From positions 1 to 43,061 of IMG/VR virus record IMGVR_UViG_3300037722_000838: 43,061 nt of DNA; one strand, given 5' to 3'. Source of the DNA: a virus (taxonomy: Duplodnaviria > Caudoviricetes). Position 1 is the first letter of the stretch. Each line of letters starts with the position of its first letter. A program made the position numbers and the translations under genes. Positions 1 through 7,777 of this stretch are shown here, piece after piece. The notes below the pieces were generated by a model that saw nothing but the letters and a program-made list of their open reading frames with translations, made no database searches and had not been told where the DNA came from.

Positions 1-127
1 CGCTTGGATCGCCTCGGAACGCAACTGACGGATGTCGGTCTCGGTGATCACAGTGCCGCAGTCTACGTCTTAATGTCTAAGACGTTGTCGTTTCTCAGTC
101 CTCCCCGATGAAAGATTTGATCATGTC
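1..127. repeat. Terminal direct repeat (circular assembly overlap), copy 1
   Basis: Bases 1-127 are identical to 42935-43061; 127 is a common assembler k-mer size, so this indicates a circular or terminally redundant genome. Confidence 0.95.
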
Positions 128-2287
128 CAACGGGTTGCCCCTCACTAGGACGTCACGCTCCGACACCCCGGACTTGGCTGCCCGTCGGGCTTTGAGCTCT
201 TTCTGAGCCCGGTCGAACTTCTGTCGGATCGCGATCGGGATCCCCATATTCAGCCCCTTGTTCTGCTTGTGGTCGCGTTCGATCATCGGTCCGGCCTTGA
301 TCCAACCCACCCACGCCGCCATCGCAATGTCATCCGGGGAGTGGCCGGCCTGACCTGCTTTCGACCGGTCCGGTTTCTTGTCCCACGCTTTGAATTGTGA
401 TTCGACTTCCATCGCCCGCACCTGGTCCTCGCGAGTCATGTACGGAATCTTGATCCTCCCGTCCCGCATCCACGCTGCCAGAGCTCCCGGCCCGTAAAGC
501 TCAGTGGACCGCTCCAGTCCCGTCGTATGCGGGTAGATCGACACCCCCGCCGACTTCAACGCCTCATACACCACCGTCTCACCAAGAATCGACCCGTCCT
601 TGTTGTCCTCATAGCAAAGCCACGACGGATCCCACCGCGCCAACGGTTTGAGAATCAATTGGTCTTTGATCCCGTTGATTCCCAATTTCTGACCCCAGAA
701 GAAGTCGGCGATGGTCATCGTCCCCGTCGACTTGTCCACCGCCCACAGCACCCACGCCGCCCCATACCGCTGCGCCGGGTCCACACCCAGTACCTTGATC
801 TCATGGGAGAACACCTGACCGAACTGGCGTGTCTCGTCCCGGGCCCGGATCAATGTCTCCTCGGTGAAGTCCAGCACCGCCACGTCCTTGTCCCGCTTCT
901 GTTGGAACATGGCCATGAATATCAGCGGCGACCGGATCCGCTTCGTCAACAACCCTCTGATCCGCTTCCATCCCTTCCCGGTCCGCTCCAAATACTCCTC
1001 GTCGCTCAGCTCGTCGACCGGGACCACCTCACCGGTCTTCTTGTTGGTCAGAGCGTCACCCATCGGGAACCGTTCCGGCCAGTACGACTCCTCCTCCCCG
1101 GTTTCGGGGTTGACCCAGATCGCCTCGATGAAAACGGTCGCCACCCCGCTCGAGTACTTCCGGTAGACCGCCGGCCCGTCCCGCTTCTCCAACAGCACCC
1201 GAGCGTCCGCCAGATAGTTCTCCAAGATCTTCTCGTAGTTGTGTTCGATCGGAAGCCACGTCCCGATGATGATCAGCCGGCCGTCCTCATCGAGGCGAGT
1301 GTCGAGCGTCCCGTCGAGCCACCGGTACTGGTTGGCCCGGTTGGTCGGACTGACCTGATTCTCCATCGTGAAAATGTCGGAGCAGACACACAAGTTGATC
1401 CGCGACCCGTAAGTGGAGCCCTCCACCCCGGTCGCCCACAGGTTCGGGTCCTGCTCGGGGGCGACGGTCCGCACATAGTATTTCTCGTGTTGGGACCACC
1501 TGGTCTTCATCACCTCAGACCCATCCGCCCACACCATGTCAGGCTCCCACTTGAAAGGCCCGTAGTCGCCGATCAGCGTGGCCGTGGGGATCTGGCCGTC
1601 AGGGGTTTTCTCCGGCAGCTTCCGGTAGACCGCTGGATCCACCAGATATTTCTCGAGGCGGCTCATCCGCCGCGCCGACATGTCCTCGGCCTCCATGAAC
1701 CACGCAACCCGCAGTCCGGTCCGGTCGGGCGCGGATTTGTAAGCCACATAGTCCCCGGCGATGGTGTCCTTGCCCATCCCCGTCGGCCCGAAAATGAACA
1801 CGTACAGGTTCGACTCGTCCTCGAGCGCCTCACAGACGAGCTGCTGGTGTCTTACCGTCGGCCGGCCGAAATACTTCCATCGGAACTCGGCGAACGTCCC
1901 GGGGTCGGGGATCTCGTCGTCGGTGAGGATCAAACCCTTCTCCCGGCGGCGTTGCTCCCGCTCCAAAGCCAAGGCCTGATCCCGGGCTTTACGGTTCCGG
2001 GCCATCAACCTCCCCACCTCAACATCGAACGTCGGATAACGGTGCCTCCAACTCTTAACCGTGTCCCGACTCACCCCAGCCCGCGCCGACGCCCCCTGCA
2101 CACTCTCCCCCGAAAACATCTCCACCAACACCACCCGCATCCCAGTCAACGTCCGATCCTGAATATGAGCCGACGACGTCGCGGCGATCCTCTCGATGAT
2201 CTCCCCCACATCCTCAGTCCGCGACGCCCTCTCAGCATCCATCCGATGAGGAACCACCGTCCGACCCAAAGAATCAGTCTGACCCAT
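95..2287 (-). CDS. terL: Terminase large subunit with N-terminal HTH domain
   Basis: Walker A GPTGMGKD; RNaseH-like nuclease motifs LGVDPA and DDIAMA; directly upstream of portal; N-terminal HTH (SVQGASARAGVSRDTVKSWR). Confidence 0.9.
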   Translation of the reverse strand: MGQTDSLGRTVVPHRMDAERASRTEDVGEIIERIAATSSAHIQDRTLTGMRVVLVEMFSGESVQGASARAGVSRDTVKSWRHRYPTFDVEVGRLMARNRKARDQALALEREQRRREKGLILTDDEIPDPGTFAEFRWKYFGRPTVRHQQLVCEALEDESNLYVFIFGPTGMGKDTIAGDYVAYKSAPDRTGLRVAWFMEAEDMSARRMSRLEKYLVDPAVYRKLPEKTPDGQIPTATLIGDYGPFKWEPDMVWADGSEVMKTRWSQHEKYYVRTVAPEQDPNLWATGVEGSTYGSRINLCVCSDIFTMENQVSPTNRANQYRWLDGTLDTRLDEDGRLIIIGTWLPIEHNYEKILENYLADARVLLEKRDGPAVYRKYSSGVATVFIEAIWVNPETGEEESYWPERFPMGDALTNKKTGEVVPVDELSDEEYLERTGKGWKRIRGLLTKRIRSPLIFMAMFQQKRDKDVAVLDFTEETLIRARDETRQFGQVFSHEIKVLGVDPAQRYGAAWVLWAVDKSTGTMTIADFFWGQKLGINGIKDQLILKPLARWDPSWLCYEDNKDGSILGETVVYEALKSAGVSIYPHTTGLERSTELYGPGALAAWMRDGRIKIPYMTREDQVRAMEVESQFKAWDKKPDRSKAGQAGHSPDDIAMAAWVGWIKAGPMIERDHKQNKGLNMGIPIAIRQKFDRAQKELKARRAAKSGVSERDVLVRGNPLDMIKSFIGED

Positions 2288-2294
2288 CGGAAAG

Positions 2295-2300
2295 AGGTTA
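2295..2300 (-). promoter_or_regulatory. -10 box for a probable leaderless terminase mRNA
   Basis: TAACCT lies 7 nt upstream of the ATG at 2287; no SD. Confidence 0.45.
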
Positions 2301-2326
2301 GACCGCCGACCTCGCCCTAAGGCCGA

Positions 2327-2680
2327 TCAGGGAGTGATCTGCTCCAAATGGTCGGGTTTCACACAGTGACGAACACCGCAGAGCTGGGTAACCCAGTGAC
2401 CATCACCGATCGGACCCACCAGTAGTTCGTACGCGTAGCGGTGAGCGCCCCGATGACGTCGGGCGACATCGAACTTCCCATACCCAGAGCTATCCCTGGC
2501 CCCCACCCAGACCCAATGGTCCTCGCCTTTCTCGACCTTGGACCAGAATCGGGCCTCGTCGTCACCGCGGATCCGTCTGGTCTCGGTGGACCCAGTCTGC
2601 CGCTGACGGTGATAGTGAACCTCACACAGACCCTTCGCCCGGTGCTTCTCTGAGCAACCAGCCAGTTCACAGACTCTCAT
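2327..2680 (-). CDS. HNH endonuclease-like protein, probably catalytically inactive
   Basis: N-terminal Zn knuckle (CELAGC...CEVHY); RFWSKV...GYG...AHRYAYELLVGPI; DHLC is replaced by TQLC and CVNP by CVKP. Start set at ATG 2680, with TAGAGT 7 nt upstream. Confidence 0.8.
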   Translation of the reverse strand: MRVCELAGCSEKHRAKGLCEVHYHRQRQTGSTETRRIRGDDEARFWSKVEKGEDHWVWVGARDSSGYGKFDVARRHRGAHRYAYELLVGPIGDGHWVTQLCGVRHCVKPDHLEQITP

Positions 2681-2796
2681 CCTCCACACTCTAACACAGT
2701 ACCCACCCAGAGACGCGCCGCCGAGACCAGCAGATCCTCGACGCAAACAACAGTGCTAGCAAGAACTCGGTCAACTGTGGTCCAACTGTGGCCAGG

Positions 2797-2857
2797 GTGA
2801 TTATTAGTACTGTGAGGGGGAGACTACGTCTCCCTCCCCCCACAGTAACTAAATCAC
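2797..2857. other. Long imperfect inverted repeat/hairpin in the non-coding, putative pac region
   Basis: GTGATTATTAGTACTGTGAGGGGGAGAC-TAC-GTCTCCCTCCCCCCACAGTAACTAAATCAC. Confidence 0.7.
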
Positions 2858-3425
2858 TAACCCCGCGAAACACAACGCTACACACACGCCACACTCACTA
2901 CCAGGGAAAATACGAAGTCGCCACACTAATCTACACTACGCCACACATGTAAGGGTCAAAACCCCCCCTACACACTTACCCACAGGACACCACACAACAA
3001 AACACACAACAACAGCAAGCAAAACGCTCGCGCACCACAGACCCAAAAAACACCCCAAACAGCAAAAAATCGACCTCCCGCATGTCTCTTACGGCTATTT
3101 TCCGCACCTCTTACCACCGTGGGGCGGCTTATCCGCTGAGAGTGCATATCCGCTGTGTTCGGGGCGGATCGTTCGAGGTTGAATGACGTGTGGGAGGGTA
3201 CCTGTTGCGTGGTGGCGTGCTTATGGATGGCGTGGCGTGGTTGCTTGTGGATACGACGGATGTCTACCGCGGCGGCTGCGCCTGCTCTCGCATCGTGCCG
3301 AGCTGGTGGCCCGGGCTGGGTCGCTGGGTGCTGGTGGCCCGAGAGTGATGGGACGCACAACGAGGAGCGCTCTCGTGCTGCGATGTGGTGGGGCTCGGTC
3401 TAGAACGGCACCTCGTCGGGTGCGG

Positions 3426-3650
3426 TTATTGGGATCCTCCGCCGACTGCTCGGCAGAGGAGGTCGCTGATTGGGCATAGGAGGTCTCCGAGCCAGCCTGA
3501 CTTCCACCAGGTGTTGGTCCAGAGGATGAGTGCGAGGATCCCGGCGAGGGCGGCGAGTCCGACTAGGAGCAGGATCCCGCGGGTGATGAGGACGCCGGCG
3601 GGGGGCCGGTTGATGATTCGGTCCACGATCCGGTCTACGACGTGTTTCAC
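3426..3650 (-). CDS. Small membrane protein downstream of integrase (possible superinfection exclusion)
   Basis: GTG start just after the integrase stop; one strong TM segment (ILLLVGLAALAGILALILW); 74 aa. Confidence 0.6.
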   Translation of the reverse strand: MKHVVDRIVDRIINRPPAGVLITRGILLLVGLAALAGILALILWTNTWWKSGWLGDLLCPISDLLCRAVGGGSQ

Positions 3651-3664
3651 TGTTCCAACCTTAC

Positions 3665-4504
3665 TCAGAGGTAGTCGAGTGCGTCTGAGACTTCTCTGAG
3701 CTTGGTCTGTTTGGTCCTGGTGTATCCGGCGGTCTGGTCGGGGTTCTTGTGCCGGGCGAAGGTCTGTACTGCTCGGAGGTCGCCGGTGTTGTCGTTGGCG
3801 GTGGTGAGCGCGGTGTGGCGGAGCTGGTGGGTGGTGAAGACGTCTATGCCCGCGGCTGCGGCGACTTCTTTGCTCCACGTCCAGATCGTTGCGGGGGTGA
3901 CGTGGCCGCCGAACCGGCCCGGGAACACCCACCGCGTATCATTCGTGTTACGCGCGGCGAGTTCGTCTCTGAGTACCGGGTGGACGGGCAGCGTTTCGGT
4001 TTTCGCTCCCTTTCCCGTCACTGTGTACCACTGAAGATCATCGGTGAACCGGGACCACTCCGCGGTTGCGATCTCGGTCCGTCGTAGCGCGAGGTAGAGC
4101 CCGAACAGAACGGCGGTCCCTTTGGGTCTCCACCCGATCGCTGTTTTGGTGAGCGCTCGGGCTTCGATGTCGTCGACCGCTCTGCACACCATTTCGGGTT
4201 GTGGTGGGACTCTGATCGCTTTGACCGGGGGGCTGGTGCGGCCGGTTAGATCCCAGTAGTGGCGGAAGGCTGCGGCGGCTTGGCCTCGTGATGAGTGGGA
4301 GAAGGTGACGTGTCCGGTCGCGTAGTCAGCGATGTGTGATGGTGCGGCCCAGGCGAGAGTGGTGTGGTGCTGGTCGTGCATCCACTGGTCGGCGTGAGCA
4401 ACCAACGTCACGTAGATGTGGACGGTTCGTGGGCTGAGACCCTGTCCGATCAGATGTTCCCGGTATTCCTCCAACTGCGGAACTCTCTCTCCGCCCAGGG
4501 TCAT
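3665..4504 (-). CDS. int: Tyrosine integrase/recombinase (small, XerC-like, no arm-binding domain)
   Basis: Catalytic residues intact: R (LRRTEI), K (GKGAK), HxxR (HQLRH), H (ARHK), Y (TAGYT); about 279 aa from ATG 4504. Confidence 0.9.
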   Translation of the reverse strand: MTLGGERVPQLEEYREHLIGQGLSPRTVHIYVTLVAHADQWMHDQHHTTLAWAAPSHIADYATGHVTFSHSSRGQAAAAFRHYWDLTGRTSPPVKAIRVPPQPEMVCRAVDDIEARALTKTAIGWRPKGTAVLFGLYLALRRTEIATAEWSRFTDDLQWYTVTGKGAKTETLPVHPVLRDELAARNTNDTRWVFPGRFGGHVTPATIWTWSKEVAAAAGIDVFTTHQLRHTALTTANDNTGDLRAVQTFARHKNPDQTAGYTRTKQTKLREVSDALDYL

Positions 4505-4548
4505 GTTGGTGTGAAGGGTGAGGTTGGTTAATGGGCCGGGTGGCCTAT

Positions 4549-4797
4549 TCAGGCCGCGGAGGGTTCGAGCGAACTGAGCCAAACGCCCTTAGATTCGCCG
4601 TCCTCGAGCGCTGCGGCTACGACTTCGCCGGTGGTCAGGTCGAGGTAAACAGCCAGTTTCGGAATGTGTGAGAGGTTCGGCCGGCGCCACCCCTTCACCC
4701 ACGCTTCGACTGTGCCTACTGCGACGTCGAGATCTCTCGCCATGGCCCGGAGGCCTTGGTCGCCTTGTCGTTCTCTGAGTGCTTCTGACAGTCTCAT
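4549..4797 (-). CDS. XRE-family HTH immunity repressor with C-terminal -AA tail
   Basis: LRAMARDLDVAVGTVEAWVKGWRRP HTH; purine-rich RBS before ATG 4797; divergent from a Cro-like gene; 82 aa ending LEPSAA. Confidence 0.85.
   Translation of the reverse strand: MRLSEALRERQGDQGLRAMARDLDVAVGTVEAWVKGWRRPNLSHIPKLAVYLDLTTGEVVAAALEDGESKGVWLSSLEPSAA
4569..4598. other. Candidate attP core within the repressor 3' end
   Basis: Imperfect palindrome GCGAACTGAGCCAAACGCCCTTAGATTCGC with a dif-like layout, immediately upstream of the integrase. Confidence 0.4.
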
Positions 4798-4849
4798 TTT
4801 GCCCTTTCTCGCTCCCCCGGCTCCCGTTGTCGGGTCCCGCTTTTGTTCG

Positions 4850-4878
4850 ATCCTACCCACGTCTGAGGGTATTGGCAA
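4850..4878 (-). promoter_or_regulatory. SigA-type promoter for repressor/integrase
   Basis: TTGCCA-17 nt-TAGGAT on the minus strand. Confidence 0.7.
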
Positions 4879-4889
4879 GAGGGTATTGG
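4865..4889. repeat. 11-bp direct repeat GAGGGTATTGG x2 (candidate operator)
   Basis: Copies at 4865-4875 and 4879-4889, overlapping the repressor -35 box. Confidence 0.65.
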
Positions 4890-4895
4890 TAATCG

Positions 4896-4926
4896 GTTGA
4901 CAAGTGGTGTAGTGTGTCAACAATAT
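4896..4926 (+). promoter_or_regulatory. Early lytic promoter with palindromic operator
   Basis: TTGACA-18 nt-CAATAT; inverted repeat GTTGACA-N12-TGTCAAC (4896-4921). Confidence 0.6.
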
Positions 4927-5098
4927 GGACACCGAGACAATGACACGCGAACGCAAAAAGGTGCTCGCTCTGTACAGGAAGGGGAAGCCGGTGAGGGAGA
5001 TCGCCGTGAAGCTCGAGCTGTCGACGCAGCGGGTTTATCAGCAGTTGAAGCGGCTGCGTGAGCTTGGGGTCCTACCCGACGAAAGGCAGGAGTCGTGA
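4925..5098 (+). CDS. Cro-like HTH protein (57 aa, not in ORF track)
   Basis: MDTETMTRERKKVLALYRKGKPVREIAVKLELSTQRVYQQLKRLRELGVLPDERQES; first early gene; alternative start at 4940. Confidence 0.8.
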   Translation: MDTETMTRERKKVLALYRKGKPVREIAVKLELSTQRVYQQLKRLRELGVLPDERQES

Positions 5099-5367
5099 GC
5101 GATTTGTCAGGTCCGGCCCGTTGCCCCGAATGCTCAGAACCCGCCCGGATTTTCGTGGTGCGTGGTCGGATGATCTGTGAGTCTTGCCGGGACCGCCCAG
5201 AACGTTCTCTCGTTCGTCCCCCCGGTCCCGGCGAGGTTGTGGGGACGGGTGCCGTTTGGGGAAGTGCGGCACCTGCCCCCATCGACCGGCGTACCCGGCG
5301 TCTGCTCTGGGCGCTCGCTGCGGTTCTTCTACTCGGCCAGCTTGCTTGGCTCAACCCGCTGCCATGA
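5095..5367 (+). CDS. Zn-ribbon protein with C-terminal TM helix
   Basis: CPEC...CESC and a hydrophobic C-terminus; GTGA coupling. Confidence 0.65.
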   Translation: MSDLSGPARCPECSEPARIFVVRGRMICESCRDRPERSLVRPPGPGEVVGTGAVWGSAAPAPIDRRTRRLLWALAAVLLLGQLAWLNPLP

Positions 5368-5702
5368 GCGAAGTCGAGGAGCTCAGGGAGGCGACCCGTC
5401 ACGCCCACGAGGCGATTAAGGACCTGCGGGGTGTGATCCGCGAGGCCAATGAGACGGTGGCCGAGGTGCAGAAGTTTATGCACGACTCGGTCAGCGACCG
5501 GCTTGATGCCGAAGTGGCCCGGGGCCTCCAGGAGTACAAGACCGCGATCTCTGCGGCCATCGAGGACGCCACCGACCGGGTCTTCAAGCGGTTCGACTAC
5601 CTCGCTGAGTTGCTCATGGGCGAGGACCGGAAGAGCCGCCGTATGAGGAAGAAGTCGATCCCCGATTTCATCAGCGACATGACAGGAGGGACGGAGGGGT
5701 GA
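5364..5702 (+). CDS. Coiled-coil hypothetical protein
   Basis: ATGA overlap; MSEVEELREATRHAHEAIKDL; helical heptads. Confidence 0.7.
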   Translation: MSEVEELREATRHAHEAIKDLRGVIREANETVAEVQKFMHDSVSDRLDAEVARGLQEYKTAISAAIEDATDRVFKRFDYLAELLMGEDRKSRRMRKKSIPDFISDMTGGTEG

Positions 5703-5938
5703 GCGACAACGTGACCCCAATCCCGGAGATGAAAGACGCTCAGTTGACGGTGACCCGCCGCAACGCCGAAGACATTGTCTGGTCGCTGGTCCGCCCCGAA
5801 GGAGCCCGCCCCCATTACGACCGGATCGTGTGGACGTCGCACACGTTGACGTTCCATTTCCGGCATCCGGAATTGGAGGGCGAGAAGCAGGTGACGGTTT
5901 TCAAGAAGGGTGATGGAAGCGTGGAGGTTGTGAAATGA
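5699..5938 (+). CDS. Hypothetical protein
   Basis: SD and GTGA coupling within the operon. Confidence 0.65.
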   Translation: MSDNVTPIPEMKDAQLTVTRRNAEDIVWSLVRPEGARPHYDRIVWTSHTLTFHFRHPELEGEKQVTVFKKGDGSVEVVK

Positions 5939-6165
5939 AGCACCAGGCATCGCTCAGGGTGAGCAAGAAGATGGCGGAGGTGATTCTTTGGGATGCGGTC
6001 GGCACCACAGAGAGGGGCCGGTCGATCGATCTCTACGAGGACGTCGCCACTGGTGAGCTGGTCCTTGTGTTCGAGTATGACGACAGACGGCCAGAGCGGG
6101 TCACGAACCGTCTGCTCAGCGCCGAAGAGCTCGCCTACCGTCTGTCGGTCGGCTACGACGCATGA
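5935..6165 (+). CDS. Hypothetical protein
   Basis: SD GGAGG and ATGA coupling. Confidence 0.65.
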   Translation: MKHQASLRVSKKMAEVILWDAVGTTERGRSIDLYEDVATGELVLVFEYDDRRPERVTNRLLSAEELAYRLSVGYDA

Positions 6166-6359
6166 GCGGGATGAAGTTCTCGGTAGACGAACCACCCCAA
6201 GGTTTCGCCGGTGTCCGCTCAGGCCCACAAGCGGTCTGCGTCAACGGCCACGAACAATGCTCCGACTTTCACCGGGGACCATGCACTGAGCTGGCCTGCT
6301 CTTGTGAGACGGGCTACTGCCGGTCCTGTGACCCGGTGCGGGACCGTGTCCGCCGATGA
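6162..6359 (+). CDS. Cys-rich hypothetical protein
   Basis: ATGA coupling at both ends; multiple Cys/His. Confidence 0.55.
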   Translation: MSGMKFSVDEPPQGFAGVRSGPQAVCVNGHEQCSDFHRGPCTELACSCETGYCRSCDPVRDRVRR

Positions 6360-6457
6360 ACGCCCGGGTTGCGCTCCTGGTGGTCCTGATCGTCCTCCTG
6401 ATCGTGGCCATGTGGCTGCTCGTCGACATCTTCGCCGGTCTCGGGGTGACGGTGTGA
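6356..6457 (+). CDS. 33-aa single-TM peptide (not in ORF track)
   Basis: MNARVALLVVLIVLLIVAMWLLVDIFAGLGVTV; coupled by ATGA and GTGA overlaps. Confidence 0.6.
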   Translation: MNARVALLVVLIVLLIVAMWLLVDIFAGLGVTV

Positions 6458-7311
6458 CCGACGAGACAGTTTTCGCTGAGCCGGTTCGGGCGCACCGCTA
6501 CTGGTTTCTAGACACGAAGAAAATGCACCTGTTCGGGATGAACGGCAACGCGTGGGACACCGGGTTCCTCGAAGCCCGGTGCCTGACGTGGCAGCACCCG
6601 GCACCGCATTGGGTGGGTCCGTCATCAGATGATAATGAGCGGTTGTTCTGGCTGAGCTTGGGAGCCGCCGGCGTGATGCCAGGTGAATGCATGTGCGGTG
6701 TCAACGCTTACAAGCTGACCACGCCGGTCGAAACCGACCCCTCCACGATGGGTAAGGGGAAGATCCTGGTTCATGGCCTGGTCGACCTCGGCGGGCGGGT
6801 CCACGAGTACGAGCGTGGTTATCGGGCTCAGTACGGGCTGATGGTTGAGGCCATGATCCTCTCCCAGGTCCCGTTCGGATCGAATTTCAGCGGGTATCTG
6901 GAAGCGAAGTACGAGTGTCCGTTCCGGGTGATGACACCTGCGGATTGGAAGACCGAGTGGGAGGCCACGTATGGCAGAGATAGGGAAACCGTTGAGGAAG
7001 ATCAGAACACCCAAGCCACGGCGGGAGCGGGAGCCCCGGCGCTCACCTACGCCGGTTCCTACGCCTTCGCCAAGTCGCAGGGAAAGACAGCCGCAGCCAA
7101 CCGGATAGTCCAGGCCGCGACGGCCACCTCGCAGTTCACCAATGTCGTTGATGAGCTAACGAAATCTCTGGATGGGCCGCTCACTGGATGCAAATGCAGC
7201 ATCTGCGAAGGACGGCGTGGAAAGTCATGGTGGTCTCGCAACTGGTTCGAGATTTACATGGCGTTCACAGTGCTGGCCGCCGCTGTGTTGATCGTGGCGG
7301 CGCTCTCGTGA
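6454..7311 (+). CDS. Hypothetical protein with Cys/His metal motif, possibly ADP-ribosyltransferase-like fold; C-terminal TM
   Basis: EPVRAHRYW...ARC...HPAP...CMCGVNAY...GRVHEYERGYRA; GTG start coupled to the upstream stop. The fold is an inference. Confidence 0.65.
   Translation: MTDETVFAEPVRAHRYWFLDTKKMHLFGMNGNAWDTGFLEARCLTWQHPAPHWVGPSSDDNERLFWLSLGAAGVMPGECMCGVNAYKLTTPVETDPSTMGKGKILVHGLVDLGGRVHEYERGYRAQYGLMVEAMILSQVPFGSNFSGYLEAKYECPFRVMTPADWKTEWEATYGRDRETVEEDQNTQATAGAGAPALTYAGSYAFAKSQGKTAAANRIVQAATATSQFTNVVDELTKSLDGPLTGCKCSICEGRRGKSWWSRNWFEIYMAFTVLAAAVLIVAALS
6971..7108 (+). CDS. Nested 45-aa Pro/Arg-rich peptide in a different frame inside the 6454-7311 gene
   Basis: Strong SD GGGAGG 6 nt before ATG; MAEIGKPLRKIRTPKPRREREPRRSPTPVPTPSPSRRERQPQPTG. 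Confidence 0.5.
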   Translation: MAEIGKPLRKIRTPKPRREREPRRSPTPVPTPSPSRRERQPQPTG

Positions 7312-7487
7312 CCGATTTCAAGACGTGCCGGAAATGCGGGAAAACCAAATCCGTCAACCAGTTCCGCGCCGACGCCGGGATGAAGGACGGCCGGCGCTCC
7401 ACCTGCAAGTCGTGTGAGACTGGTGTCCGGCGGATCAGTGGGTGGCGTGGGCCGACGGCCCGGTTGCCACGAGGTATCGAGCTGTGA
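7308..7487 (+). CDS. Small zinc-finger protein (CxxC...CxxC)
   Basis: KTCRKCGKTKSVNQF...DGRRSTCKSC; resembles N-terminal modules of phage HNH proteins. Confidence 0.65.
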   Translation: MTDFKTCRKCGKTKSVNQFRADAGMKDGRRSTCKSCETGVRRISGWRGPTARLPRGIEL

Positions 7488-7777
7488 GAAAGATACCGCG
7501 GAGCCCAGACCGCATCCACGAGCACAACGAGAAGTGGAAGCGGCGCTACCACGTCCGCGCTCAACTGCGGGACCGCTACCCCGATGAGTTCCAAAAGCTC
7601 CGGGAGGAAACAACCTATTTCGTGGCGCTTCGACTCATCGAGGAGGCTCACCCAGGCGAGATCCCGATCGAGCCGCCGGGTCCGGTCGGTAAGCAGGCGA
7701 TCGGGAAGCTGCGCTGTGCGACTTGTGGGGATCTGCTCAGCCTTCACACGCTCACGCAAGCGGAGGCGTGCCGATGA
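7484..7777 (+). CDS. Hypothetical protein with C-terminal Zn motif
   Basis: GTGA coupling; CATC...H...C. Confidence 0.6.
   Translation: MRKIPRSPDRIHEHNEKWKRRYHVRAQLRDRYPDEFQKLREETTYFVALRLIEEAHPGEIPIEPPGPVGKQAIGKLRCATCGDLLSLHTLTQAEACR

Noticed and set aside
1-127. 127-bp terminal repeat as biological genome ends
   Set aside because: Its length equals a standard assembler k-mer and it cuts through the portal and terminase genes; treated as circularisation overlap.
527-2320. 597-aa plus-strand ORF
   Set aside because: Antisense shadow of terminase in high-GC DNA; Arg/Pro/His-rich with no motifs.
2968-3403. ORFs on both strands in the putative pac region
   Set aside because: Products of extreme compositional skew; no RBS or protein-like sequence.
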